Shown here piece by piece: positions 20,515 to 29,519 of a stretch of DNA of 64,000 nt (position 1 is its first letter; every line of letters begins with the position of its first letter). The stretch spans positions 5,695-69,694 of the forward strand of contig JAKISP010000010.1 of NCBI GenBank assembly GCA_021648525.1, read 5' to 3'. A program made the position numbers and the translations under genes. The DNA is from Gammaproteobacteria bacterium. Its GTDB lineage: Bacteria > Pseudomonadota > Gammaproteobacteria > SZUA-140. Under the pieces are notes generated by a model that was not told where the DNA came from, searched no databases, and saw only the letters and a program-made list of their open reading frames with translations.

Positions 20515-20934
20515 ATGAAGGTTAGTGTGAAGTGGGTGCAGGATATGATGTTCCTGGGGGAGTCTGGCAGTGGTCACACGGTGGTGATGGATGGCCCGCC
20601 TGAGGCGGGAGGGCGTAATATGGGGATTCGCCCGATGGAGATGTTGTTGCTTGGTACGGGTGGTTGTACTTCATTTGATGTGATGAGTATTTTGAAGAAA
20701 TCGCGTCAGGCGGTGACTGATTGCATCGCTGAAGTAACGGCAGAGCGTGCCGAGACGGTACCGCAGGTCTTTACTAAGATTCACATCCATTTTGTGGTGA
20801 CTGGTAAGGGGCTTTCTGAGAAATCGGTGGCACGGGCGGTCTCATTGACTGCAGAAAAATACTGTTCTGCATCGATTATGCTAGCTCAAGTGGCTCAAGT
20901 AACGCATGATTTTGAAATTATTGAAACCAAATGA
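20515..20934 (+). CDS. OsmC/Ohr-family peroxiredoxin-like protein
   Basis: It is about 139 aa. It has the motifs LLLGTGGCTSFDV and AEKYCSAS of the OsmC family. Confidence 0.75.
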   Translation: MKVSVKWVQDMMFLGESGSGHTVVMDGPPEAGGRNMGIRPMEMLLLGTGGCTSFDVMSILKKSRQAVTDCIAEVTAERAETVPQVFTKIHIHFVVTGKGLSEKSVARAVSLTAEKYCSASIMLAQVAQVTHDFEIIETK

Positions 20935-20971
20935 AGCTTTTATGCGAACCGTTGATTAGAAGGGCAGTAAG

Positions 20972-21379
20972 ATGAAAAAACCAGCCGCAACAGGTGGCAT
21001 GCGTCATGTGGCGCTCTATGTGAGTGACCTTGATGCGTGTGTCCATTTTTATACGCAGATTCTGGACATGGCAGTGGAATGGCAGCCGGATCCCGATAAT
21101 ATCTATCTCTGCTCCGGGTGCGACAACCTTGCATTGCACCGTGCGCCGGAGGGATTTGACCCGCAAGAAGGGCAGCAGCAACTTGACCACATCGGTTTTA
21201 TTCTAAAAACAGCGGACGATGTCGATGCCTGGTTTGAGTATATGAATCGCTTTGAGGTGAAGATGAAGGCGATGCCGCGTACCCATCGAGATGGCGCGCG
21301 GAGTTTCTATTGTTACGATCCGGGCGGCAATCTGGTGCAGATGATCTATCATCCACCTATTTCGGGTAAGTGTGGCTGA
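20972..21379 (+). CDS. VOC (glyoxalase/bleomycin-resistance/dioxygenase) family protein
   Basis: It is 135 aa. It has HVALYVSDLDACVHFYTQILDM ... GGNLVQM, typical of the glyoxalase fold. Confidence 0.7.
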   Translation: MKKPAATGGMRHVALYVSDLDACVHFYTQILDMAVEWQPDPDNIYLCSGCDNLALHRAPEGFDPQEGQQQLDHIGFILKTADDVDAWFEYMNRFEVKMKAMPRTHRDGARSFYCYDPGGNLVQMIYHPPISGKCG

Positions 21380-21436
21380 TTAGGGTTAGCATCTAATTTA
21401 TTGTTGATTCCGCTGTTTTTAGGTATCTTTAGATTT

Positions 21437-22081
21437 ATGACTAATAGAAACTATACCCCGTTTGATCGTCTGGTGATGAATTTTGATCACGGCGTCCGTA
21501 CCGTTTTTGGCAAGCCAGAAGTGACCGAACGTCCCAATCCTGCAGAAGGGATTGCCGAGGCTGAGCTGACGGCTGCTGAAACGCAGTTAGCGATTCGTTT
21601 GATGCGAATCAATCACGCTGGTGAGGTTTCGGCGCAGGCGCTGTATCAGGGGCAGGCGATGACCGCTAAATTGCCAGAAGTACGTGAAAAGATGAAGCGG
21701 GCGGCGCAGGAAGAGAATGATCACCTTGAGTGGTGTGAACGGCGCGTGACTGAGCTGGGGAGTCACACCAGTCTGCTGAACCCGCTTTGGTATGGCGGAT
21801 CATTGGCGATCGGTGCGTTGGCGGGTAAGGTGGGTGATAAATGGAGTCTCGGTTTTGTTGCCGAGACCGAGCGTCAGGTGATCAGTCATCTCGAAGAGCA
21901 TCTGGAACAAATTCCTGAGAAAGACCTCAAAAGCCGCAAAATTCTTGAGCAGATGAAAGAAGATGAGGTGCATCATGGTAATATGGCGGTTGAGGCGGGT
22001 GGCGCGGAGTTACCTGCGCCGGTGAAGGGGTTTATGCAGTTGACCTCGAAGTTGATGACCCGGTCGGCTTACTGGCTTTGA
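21437..22081 (+). CDS. coq7: 2-polyprenyl-3-methyl-6-methoxy-1,4-benzoquinol hydroxylase (di-iron Coq7)
   Basis: The start is MTNRNY. It has two ExxH di-iron motifs of the ferritin-like COQ7 family (INHAGEVSAQALYQGQ, EENDHLEW, EEHLEQ, EDEVHH). Confidence 0.8.
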   Translation: MTNRNYTPFDRLVMNFDHGVRTVFGKPEVTERPNPAEGIAEAELTAAETQLAIRLMRINHAGEVSAQALYQGQAMTAKLPEVREKMKRAAQEENDHLEWCERRVTELGSHTSLLNPLWYGGSLAIGALAGKVGDKWSLGFVAETERQVISHLEEHLEQIPEKDLKSRKILEQMKEDEVHHGNMAVEAGGAELPAPVKGFMQLTSKLMTRSAYWL

Positions 22082-22217
22082 TTTGCACTTTTAGGTGGCC
22101 CGGACTGAGCTTCCAGCGCGCCTGAAGGAAGTGCCCCTGGGGTAAAATCCGGGAGGGCAGTGCCATATATCCCCATGTTTCACTGAAAATTCAGCACGGG
22201 CTACTCGTCATCTGTTT

Positions 22218-23435
22218 TTATGGTAGCTGCCGCGCCAGCAACGTTACCGGATGAATTACCTCGATTTTTAAACCAGCATCGCGTATCCCTGCTGCAATAT
22301 GCAGCGCGCAACCAATATTCGAACTCACTAAAATAGCTGGGCGCATGGTATCCAGCTGACGCAGCTTGTTATCACGTAGTTCATCTGCGATTGCTGGGTG
22401 GCGAATCATATAGTCACCAGCGGCACCGCAGCAGTTCTGGTTATCGGGCAGTGGCACCAATGTTATGTCGGGGATTCTGGATAGCAGTGCTGCTGGGGTG
22501 TGGCCCTGCTTTAATACATGGTTAAGGCTGCACGGTAGATGAATCGCGATCTGTTTGCTGAGTGGGCGTAGTGCCAGTGTTTTTGGCCATTCAATTTGTG
22601 CAAGGAATTGACCGATTTCCATGATAGGTGCATCGTTACACCCCATTTTTTCCAGTTTTTGTAATGTGCTACCGCAACCGCTGGCACAATAAATGAGTGC
22701 GTCGATGTTGAGATCGCCAAAGGCGTCGCAGTTTTCTTTGGCTAACAGGTCTGCCTGCTTTAAATCGCCACGGTGCAGGTGTAGTGCGCCACAGCAATTT
22801 TGTCTGGCTGGCAGGTGAACACCGTAGCCGAGGTGAGTGAGTAGTCTAATCGCCGCATGAATGGTGGTGGTGTCGAGGCTATCGCCCATGCAGCCAACAA
22901 ACAGTCCAATCTCCCCTTTTTGCTCGCCAATCGGTGGATGGTAGCTGAGTGTTGGCAGCGCAGAACCTAATTCTGGCAGTATGCCTTCAAGGCGTTGTAG
23001 GCCTAATGGGCGAAGTAAGCCGCTGTGGCGGGTTAGCCAACCGAGGCCACTGCGCTGGTAAATGCGTAGCAGGCGGCTGAGGTTGCGGCGGTGAGTCGGG
23101 GCTGTAACAAAACGCTGCATCATTTTAGCCGTGCGTCCGCTGGGCACGGTGGTTTCATTGATAATGGTGGCACGAGTCGCTTCGATCAGCTCGCCATATT
23201 TGACCTCGGAGGGGCACATCGCTTCACAGGCGCGACACACCAAGCAGCGATCGAGGTGAGCGATCAGTTTTTCATTCAGCGGTAGTTTTTTTTGCGCAAG
23301 CCCCTGCATCAATGCGATGCGACCGCGTGGCGAGTCCCCTTCGTCCTGCCATTGTTGATAAGTGGGGCAGTGCGGTAGACAGAGGCCGCATTTTACGCAG
23401 CGGTCTGCTTCTTTTATAAAGGTGGATTTGTCCAT
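22218..23435 (-). CDS. GlcF/LutA-like Fe-S oxidoreductase subunit (two 4Fe-4S ferredoxin motifs + two CCG domains)
   Basis: The start is MDKSTFIKEADRCVKCGLCLPHCPTYQ. It has a second cluster (CLVCRACEAMCP) and CCG motifs (NCCGA..., CCGAAGDY). The longer ORF call to 23879 is an N-terminal over-extension. Confidence 0.65.
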   Translation of the reverse strand: MDKSTFIKEADRCVKCGLCLPHCPTYQQWQDEGDSPRGRIALMQGLAQKKLPLNEKLIAHLDRCLVCRACEAMCPSEVKYGELIEATRATIINETTVPSGRTAKMMQRFVTAPTHRRNLSRLLRIYQRSGLGWLTRHSGLLRPLGLQRLEGILPELGSALPTLSYHPPIGEQKGEIGLFVGCMGDSLDTTTIHAAIRLLTHLGYGVHLPARQNCCGALHLHRGDLKQADLLAKENCDAFGDLNIDALIYCASGCGSTLQKLEKMGCNDAPIMEIGQFLAQIEWPKTLALRPLSKQIAIHLPCSLNHVLKQGHTPAALLSRIPDITLVPLPDNQNCCGAAGDYMIRHPAIADELRDNKLRQLDTMRPAILVSSNIGCALHIAAGIRDAGLKIEVIHPVTLLARQLP

Positions 23436-23537
23436 GCTGTGCAGGGTAAAGGGTTGCGCAGGAAGATCAAAGAAAAAGATTGAGTGAGAGGCCGTTTCCC
23501 TTTGCGCTTTACTCATTTCCCTTGTATCGTCGCGCTT

Positions 23538-23843
23538 ATGTATTTTAAACGCCATGTTTTTTTTTGTACTAACCAGCGCGATGATGGTCGTGACTGTTGT
23601 CAGCGTTTTGGCGCGTCCGAGGTTCGTGATTATGCGAAGCAGCGGGTAAAGGCATTGGGCCTCTCTGGCAAGGATGGGGTGCGGGTTAATTCTGCCGGTT
23701 GTCTTGACCGTTGTACTGATGGCCCAGTGTTGGTGGTCTACCCTGAAGGGGTCTGGTATAACTATGTCGATAAAGACGATGTCGATGAGATCATTGACGA
23801 GCATCTGGCCCATGGCCGCGTGGTGGAGCGTCTCAAAATCTAA
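23538..23843 (+). CDS. thioredoxin-like [2Fe-2S] ferredoxin family protein
   Basis: The start is MYFKRHVFFCTNQR. It has four Cys in the NuoE/Trx-like Fd pattern (C..., CC, C...C). It is divergent from the GlcF-like gene. Confidence 0.6.
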   Translation: MYFKRHVFFCTNQRDDGRDCCQRFGASEVRDYAKQRVKALGLSGKDGVRVNSAGCLDRCTDGPVLVVYPEGVWYNYVDKDDVDEIIDEHLAHGRVVERLKI

Positions 23844-23989
23844 TTTTGTCCGCTCATTTGTATTGATAAGCCAGAACATCCCTTGTGTCCGGTCGTCAAT
23901 TTCTGTAGAATTCCCGCTCTTTACAGATTCTAGGGTTCTTCGGCAAAGGTCGGGGAAAGGCCGGATACCCGATTTGGAGTTGGAAATAG

Positions 23990-24418
23990 ATGAAGACTTT
24001 CAGTGCAAAAGCAGAGAGCGTAAGACGCGATTGGTACGTTGTGGATGCCGAAGATAAGACCCTGGGTCGTTTTGCGTCCGAGATCGCGCTGCGTCTGCGT
24101 GGCAAACATAAAGCGGAATACACCCCGCATGTGGACACTGGCGACTATATTGTGGTTGTGAATGCAGAAAAAGTGCGCGTGACCGGTAATAAAACAACCG
24201 ATAAGATTTACCATCGTCATACAGGCTATATTGGTAGCCTGAAATCGATCAGCTTTGAAAAGCTTCAGGCAGAAAAGCCTGAGCGGATCATCGAACTGGC
24301 CGTAAAAGGAATGTTGCCAAAGAACCCATTGGGTCGTGCAATGTTCAGAAAGCTGAAAGTGTATGCAGGTGCCGAGCATGGCCACGCTGCACAGCAGCCT
24401 AAACCACTCGATATTTAA
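23990..24418 (+). CDS. rplM: 50S ribosomal protein L13
   Basis: It is 142 aa. The start [20 protein letters not shown]... is highly characteristic of L13. Confidence 0.95.
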   Translation: MKTFSAKAESVRRDWYVVDAEDKTLGRFASEIALRLRGKHKAEYTPHVDTGDYIVVVNAEKVRVTGNKTTDKIYHRHTGYIGSLKSISFEKLQAEKPERIIELAVKGMLPKNPLGRAMFRKLKVYAGAEHGHAAQQPKPLDI

Positions 24419-24436
24419 GTAGTCAGGAATTAAGAA

Positions 24437-24832
24437 ATGACAGATAAGGTACTTTGCACCACCGGGCGTCGCAAGAGTTCAAGTGCACGCGTATTCATGA
24501 CGCCTGGCGGAACAGGTCAGATCACTGTTAACAAGCGCACGTTAGAAGAATACTTCGGTCGTGAAACCTCTCGTATGGTTGTACGTCAGCCACTGGAGAC
24601 TGTTGATATGCTGAATAGTGTTGATCTTAATATTACTGTTGTGGGTGGTGGTAATACTGGTCAGGCCGGTGCGATTCGTCACGGCATTGCACGTGCACTA
24701 CTTGCTTACAATGAAGAGCTACGTAGCCCACTACGTCGCGCAGGATTTTTGACGCGTGATGCGCGTGAAGTTGAGCGTAAGAAAGTGGGTCTGCACAAGG
24801 CGCGTAAGCGTCCTCAGTTCTCGAAACGCTAA
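24437..24832 (+). CDS. rpsI: 30S ribosomal protein S9
   Basis: It is 131 aa. It ends ...[11 protein letters not shown]. It forms the rplM-rpsI operon. Confidence 0.95.
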   Translation: MTDKVLCTTGRRKSSSARVFMTPGGTGQITVNKRTLEEYFGRETSRMVVRQPLETVDMLNSVDLNITVVGGGNTGQAGAIRHGIARALLAYNEELRSPLRRAGFLTRDAREVERKKVGLHKARKRPQFSKR

Positions 24833-24842
24833 TAAAAGCGCT

Positions 24843-24866
24843 CTGCGCTATTTTTTATTAGCGCAG
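24843..24866. terminator. hairpin after rpsI (putative terminator with a U-rich loop, weak)
   Basis: The stem is ctgcgcta / tagcgcag with the loop ttttttat. There is no T-run after the stem. Confidence 0.3.
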
Positions 24867-24901
24867 GGGAAAAAGAAAAGATACAAAAGGAAAGGGAAGG
24901 C

Positions 24902-25247
24902 ATGGACGCCTTTGAAAAATTAGAAGTCTGGAAGCGCAGTTGTCGTTTATCAGTTGAGTTGTATACGCAGTTTCGAGATTGCAGAAATTTTGGGTTTCGA
25001 GATCAGATAACCCGTTCTGGATTATCAGTTCCCTCCAATATTGCTGAAGGCTATGAGCGTAATTCTCGAAAAGAGTATTTACGTTTCTTAAAGTATAGCT
25101 AAAGGTTCTAGTGGTGAGTTGCGTACGCAGCTTTATATAGGGCGAGAAGCGGATCTTTTGCCAAAAGAAGTTTTTGAGTCTTTTCATCAAGAGGCGGTAG
25201 AGATTTCAAGAATGCTGCAAGGCATTATCACAAAGTTGCAGGAGTAG
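24902..25247 (+). pseudogene. four-helix-bundle protein (Avd / 'S23 ribosomal protein'-like, TIGR02436 family) disrupted by a 1-nt frameshift near nt 25097
   Basis: Frame 1 reads ...NIAEGYERNSRKEYLRFLKYS* and stops at 25102. The frame from 25098 continues AKGSSGELRTQLYIGREADLL...ITKLQE*, matching the second half of this family. A single-base insertion in 'tat a gct' explains the frameshift. Confidence 0.5.
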
Positions 25248-25296
25248 TCGAGGCTTTTCCTTTCCCCTTTTATCTTGTGCCTTTACCCTGAATTAT

Positions 25297-25370
25297 TGGG
25301 AGATCGTCCAACGGTAGGACTACGGACTCTGACTCCGTCAATCCAGGTTCGAATCCTGGTTTCCCAGCCA
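25297..25370 (+). tRNA. tRNA-Gln (anticodon CUG)
   Basis: It is a 74-nt cloverleaf. The acceptor is TGGGAGA/TTTCCCA and the D arm is GTCC/GGAC. The anticodon stem ACGGA/TCCGT carries the loop CTCTGAC. It has a T arm CCAGG-TTCGAAT-CCTGG and an encoded CCA. Confidence 0.9.
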
Positions 25371-25378
25371 AATATATA

Positions 25379-25405
25379 AGCCCGCGAAAGCGGGTTTTTT
25401 ATTTT
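25379..25405. terminator. rho-independent terminator after the tRNA-Gln
   Basis: The hairpin is cccgc gaaa gcggg and is followed by a T6 run and ATTTT. Confidence 0.6.
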
Positions 25406-25569
25406 CATCGCTTTATACCCTTTTTTATTGTGAGTCTTTTGAGTATAGTATTGCCAGCTTTGGAGTGCGGTGAATTAAACAGGAATGTTGCTAATTTACA
25501 ACAAACATTAGCTATGCGTTGTAAATTGTGATTATTTATGCAAAAAAACGTTGCATTTCTGTTTTTATC

Positions 25570-25645
25570 GTTGTATATAAACAAACTGTTGTTTAACGTT
25601 AACCAACATTAAAGGGTTTAGCGACCCGAAATATCTATAGGGGAG
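25570..25645 (+). promoter_or_regulatory. conserved promoter/5' leader of OMP paralog 1 (shared with paralog 2 at 26835..26910)
   Basis: Both genes are preceded by about 75 nt with near-identical blocks. The blocks are tgtatataaac, ctgttgtt, aacattaa, gggttta and cgacc, followed by the RBS taggggaga. Confidence 0.4.
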
Positions 25646-25654
25646 AATTATAAA

Positions 25655-26650
25655 ATGAATAAAAAATTAATTGCTTTGGCAGTTGCAGGTGCATTTGCAA
25701 GTTATGGTTCTGTGGCAACAGCCGCGAGTGCTACCATAAGTGGTTTTGCAGATATCATCTATACTGCTGCTGATGATGCTGCAGGCCCAGCTGTGGGTGT
25801 AGCCGGCAAAAATACCTCGGAAGGTAAATTTGCTGCGGATGCTGAAATTGATGTGATTGCAACAACAGGTGCGGTAACAGCGCGTATTGATGTTGATTTG
25901 GATCTTACTGGTGTGGGTGATTCCGGTACGCTTGAGCAAGCCATGTTTGCATGGGATCTTGGTGCGGTTACCCTGATCGGTGGTGTGTTCAATAACCCAA
26001 TCGGCGCTGATGCAGAAGATGCACCAGACATGGATTTCACCACGCATAGTGTTGTTTACAGTGTTCTCGACAGTCAAACTCAGAGAGACGGTAATAACAT
26101 TACTGGTGTGGCGCTTGCTGGTGCTGTGGGCCCCGTTACCTTAACGGGTGCTTTCCTGAATGATATTGGCGGCGCTAATGAGGAGAATTCTCTTGCATTT
26201 GTTGCTAACTATTCGCCAATTTCAGATCTTGATCTTGAGCTGGGTTTTGTGACCCAGGACGATCAAGTGGTTGGAGCAGCGGCTACAACCGCCGGTGATG
26301 TAGCTAACTTCAATGTAACCTACGGCATTAGCGGTTTTGTTGTAGGCCTGGATTACTTGACTGCATCGAATGTTGTTGATAGTGCCTATACTATCTGGGG
26401 TGGTTATACCCACGGTGATTTCAACTTTAAACTACGTGCCGAAAGTGTTGGCTGGGAAGCGACTGGTATGGAAGATCACGATGCAATCACTTTCTATGCT
26501 TCATATGCAGCAAACGAAAACCTGAGCATCGCGCTGGAATATAAAGATGGTGATCAAGGTGCTACCACTGCGCCTGGTAATACCGCTAATGCCATTAGTG
26601 GTATTGCACAGGATGGTCTGGCTACACTGGAATTCATCGCAACGTTTTAA
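25655..26650 (+). CDS. secreted outer-membrane porin-like protein, paralog 1 (unknown family)
   Basis: It is 331 aa. It has a signal peptide (MNKKLIALAVAGAFASYGSVATA) and a Gly/Asp/Thr-rich beta-rich composition. It ends ...LEFIATF with a C-terminal Phe. Confidence 0.6.
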   Translation: MNKKLIALAVAGAFASYGSVATAASATISGFADIIYTAADDAAGPAVGVAGKNTSEGKFAADAEIDVIATTGAVTARIDVDLDLTGVGDSGTLEQAMFAWDLGAVTLIGGVFNNPIGADAEDAPDMDFTTHSVVYSVLDSQTQRDGNNITGVALAGAVGPVTLTGAFLNDIGGANEENSLAFVANYSPISDLDLELGFVTQDDQVVGAAATTAGDVANFNVTYGISGFVVGLDYLTASNVVDSAYTIWGGYTHGDFNFKLRAESVGWEATGMEDHDAITFYASYAANENLSIALEYKDGDQGATTAPGNTANAISGIAQDGLATLEFIATF

Positions 26651-26677
26651 TTGCGGCTGAAATTTAAAGTGGCTTAA

Positions 26678-26707
26678 AAAGCCGAGCCTGATGGCTCGGC
26701 TTTTTTA
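26678..26707. terminator. rho-independent terminator
   Basis: The hairpin is gccgagcc tgat ggctcggc and is followed by a T6 run. Confidence 0.6.
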
Positions 26708-26834
26708 TGCCTGAAAGAGATAAGATTGATTGGGAAAAACCTGCAAGTAAAGCGCGGCAATAATTACTGTGGTTATTTTACAACGGTAAACGATAAGTTT
26801 TTTAGTGGGAAATATTGTTTTTTTGTTCTAACCG

Positions 26835-26910
26835 CTGTATATAAACGATCTGTTGTTGAGTGTTGACTAACATTAACGGGTTTAACGACCTTGTGATTTT
26901 CTAGGGGAGA
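26835..26910 (+). promoter_or_regulatory. conserved promoter/5' leader of OMP paralog 2
   Basis: See 25570..25645. The same conserved blocks and RBS are present. Confidence 0.4.
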
Positions 26911-26920
26911 GGGTGTCATA

Positions 26921-27976
26921 ATGAATAAAAAGCTTATTGCTTTGGCAGTAGCGGGTGTGATTTCGGCCTATGGGACGGCTGCAAACGCAGTGGAAGTGAG
27001 TGGTTTTGCCAATATTAAATACACTATTACAAATGATAGTGCAGTTAAGAATGAGGGAACTGCAACCGAATATAACAGCAAAGAAGATAAATTTGCGGTA
27101 GATGGTGAAATTGATGTGATTTCTACAGTAGGCGCGGTCACGACGCGTGTTGATGTTGATCTTAACCTTACTGGTAATGGTGATTCTGGTACGCTTGAGC
27201 AAGCCATGTTTGCCTGGGATCTCGATGCGGTTACTTTGATTGGTGGTGTTTTTAATAACCCAATCGGCTATGAAGCTGAAGATGTGCCGGATATAATCTT
27301 TAATGTTCATGGTGCGGTTTATACTGCGTTGGACAGCCAGACTGAGCGAGATGGTGACAATGTCACTGGTTTGGCGGTTGTGGGCGCGCTTGGCCCTGTG
27401 ACACTGACAGGTGCTTTTTTAAATGATTTACAGGATGTTAACGAAGAAAACAGCATTGCATTTATTGCAAACTACTCGCCAATAGCGGGTCTTGATCTGG
27501 AGCTTGGTTTTGCTACGCAAGCGGGTAATGCTGGGCTTGGCGATACTGCTGGATTAAATACTTCCGTGGGTGATATAACCAACTTCAATGTGGCTTATAC
27601 CGGCGTGAAAAACCTGACGGTTGGTCTAGATTACCTTATGGGTGATGTGGTGCTGGATTCTGCTTATGATCTCTGGGCAGGGTACTATTTTGGTGGTGGT
27701 TTTTCTGCGAATGTGCGTCTCTCAGAGGTTGAATACAGCAATAGCGATGTCGCGACATTGAATGCTGGCCTGGGGGGGGCAGCGGCAGTGAGTAGTGCAC
27801 TGGAAGGTGTTGGCCTCCCTGCGGGCGATTCAGAAACAACTACGCTAAATCTGACGTATAAAGTTTCGAAAAACCTGAAGGCGGCGCTTGAATTTTCAAG
27901 TACAGATGTCACTTTGTTATCAAGCCCTACAACTAATAATGATTTAGTCACGCTGAAGCTGCTAGCAACATTCTAA
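26921..27976 (+). CDS. secreted outer-membrane porin-like protein, paralog 2
   Basis: It is 351 aa. It is about 55% identical to paralog 1 over the N-terminal 200 aa (GDSGTLEQAMFAWDL...LIGGVFNNPIG). It ends ...LKLLATF. Confidence 0.6.
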   Translation: MNKKLIALAVAGVISAYGTAANAVEVSGFANIKYTITNDSAVKNEGTATEYNSKEDKFAVDGEIDVISTVGAVTTRVDVDLNLTGNGDSGTLEQAMFAWDLDAVTLIGGVFNNPIGYEAEDVPDIIFNVHGAVYTALDSQTERDGDNVTGLAVVGALGPVTLTGAFLNDLQDVNEENSIAFIANYSPIAGLDLELGFATQAGNAGLGDTAGLNTSVGDITNFNVAYTGVKNLTVGLDYLMGDVVLDSAYDLWAGYYFGGGFSANVRLSEVEYSNSDVATLNAGLGGAAAVSSALEGVGLPAGDSETTTLNLTYKVSKNLKAALEFSSTDVTLLSSPTTNNDLVTLKLLATF

Positions 27977-28000
27977 TAGCATTTTAAAAATAGGTGGTTT

Positions 28001-28030
28001 AAAAACCGGGCTCAATAGCCCGGTTTTTTT
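28001..28030. terminator. rho-independent terminator
   Basis: The hairpin is ccgggc tcaata gcccgg and is followed by a T7 run. Confidence 0.6.
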
Positions 28031-28216
28031 GTAAAGCGAGGGTGGAAATCGGATGGCGATGGTTGCTATTGGTTCGTGAATTTCTGTAAACTGCATCAGT
28101 TTTTCCTGGCGCTGGTTTTGAGGCTATATCGAGTCGTCGTTGCTGAATATGATTTCTTTATGCTGTTGCCATTGAAGCGTGATGGCGTCTATTTTTTGAA
28201 TAAGAGGGTCAATAGA

Positions 28217-29329
28217 GTGAATAAGAAAAAAATAGCGGTATTGGTGGCGACTGGCATGTTGGCGGCACCGCTGATAGTGCAGGCGGAGGATGTTGAGGTT
28301 TATGGTGATGTTCGCCTGTCGATAGATATGTCGCAGAATGAGCAAGACCCAGTGACTGGAGGAAAAGACGATAGTGCGCTGTCAGTGAACAGTAACACTT
28401 CCAAGCTCGGTTTTAAGGGGAGCGAGAAGCTGAGCGATAACCTCTCTGTTATCTGGCAGTATGAGACCGAGGTTGAACTCGACAATGGTGATCTGAGCGT
28501 CAAGGGGCGTGATACTTATGGTGGCCTGAAAGGGAGTTGGGGGTTGTTAAAGGCAGGAAAGTTGAGTAACCCAATGAAACAGTCTTCTAGCAAAATCGAT
28601 ATCTTTACTAATACACGTGCCGATCATAATATGATTGTTGGCTATGTTAATGGTGTTAACACCTTTGATAACCGTTTTGACAATACCATTTGGTACTCCA
28701 CGCCAAAATTTGGCGGGGTGAAGCTGGATCTGTCGTATACAACGGATAGTGCGGGCAGCAAAGAGGATGCGCTGCCTGGTAAGCTGATTTCTCCGCAAAA
28801 AAACGTGACCAGTTTTAGCCTGAACTATGACAAGGGGCCGCTCTATGTGGCAATCGCGACAGAGGCTCGGAATGACGCCAAACTTAAAGACAATGGGCAG
28901 TATGAAGATGTGGCCGCAACCAAATTAGTGGGACGCTGGGATTTTGGCCAGGGTACGACCGTGGGATTCATCTATGAAGATGCTGAAAATTCAGCGGGCG
29001 CAGAGACTTCTACAATGACCCTCGCCTCCGCATCAGGACAGGCGCGTACTGCGTTTTACCTGAATGCAGCTCATAAGATCGGTAACACGACGTTGAAAGC
29101 CGCCTACAGTCAGGCGGATGATCTTGATAACATGGCGGGTACGGGTGCTACCCACTATGCGCTAGGTGTATTTAAGTCGTATTCTAAAAATACAGAGCTC
29201 TACCTGCTTTACACGGCGACCAACAATGATGCTAATGCGAAATATGGCTTGAAAGACATGGCGGGTGTTGAGGGCAATACAATTTCTGCCCTGTCATTTG
29301 GCCTGAATAAGCGATTCAGTAGTAAATAA
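28217..29329 (+). CDS. Gram-negative general porin (Porin_4 / Neisseria-Burkholderia type)
   Basis: It has a GTG start after AAGAGGG. It has a signal peptide followed by AEDVEVYGDVRLSIDM...SKLGFKGSEKLSDNLSVIWQYE...YGGLKGSWGLLKAGKL, typical of 16-strand trimeric porins. It ends ...GLNKRFSSK. Confidence 0.7.
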   Translation: MNKKKIAVLVATGMLAAPLIVQAEDVEVYGDVRLSIDMSQNEQDPVTGGKDDSALSVNSNTSKLGFKGSEKLSDNLSVIWQYETEVELDNGDLSVKGRDTYGGLKGSWGLLKAGKLSNPMKQSSSKIDIFTNTRADHNMIVGYVNGVNTFDNRFDNTIWYSTPKFGGVKLDLSYTTDSAGSKEDALPGKLISPQKNVTSFSLNYDKGPLYVAIATEARNDAKLKDNGQYEDVAATKLVGRWDFGQGTTVGFIYEDAENSAGAETSTMTLASASGQARTAFYLNAAHKIGNTTLKAAYSQADDLDNMAGTGATHYALGVFKSYSKNTELYLLYTATNNDANAKYGLKDMAGVEGNTISALSFGLNKRFSSK

Positions 29330-29355
29330 CCGATACGCTGTTTATTGTCTAGTTG

Positions 29356-29386
29356 AGCGGGCACCTTTGGGTGCCCGTTTTTTTTG
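29356..29386. terminator. rho-independent terminator
   Basis: The hairpin is cgggcacc tttg ggtgcccg and is followed by a T8 run. Confidence 0.6.
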
Positions 29387-29519
29387 TGCGGAAATTAAGG
29401 GGTTAGCGCTGTTGGCACAAAATAGAGGTGCACTGGAATGCCCTGTTGTGCTATAAATTACTTCTTGTATCAATGGCTTTTTCTGCGTTGATGCAGGCTC
29501 GGGGGAGATAATAAAAAAT

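Noticed and set aside
22218-23879. A 553-aa ORF call for the GlcF-like gene
   Set aside because: The first 148 codons have no Fe-S motifs, and the ORF overlaps the divergent ferredoxin gene. An internal ATG at 23435 gives a canonical ~406-aa GlcF.
24858-25190. A 110-aa minus-strand ORF
   Set aside because: It is antisense to the Avd-like (pseudo)gene. It has no RBS and odd composition. It is probably spurious.
25297-25370. tRNA-associated integrase or attachment-site duplication that would mark the cytochrome cluster as a genomic island
   Set aside because: No integrase or recombinase gene is present, and no copy of the tRNA 3' end appears near 44.9-45.1 kb. The island idea is kept only as a hypothesis.
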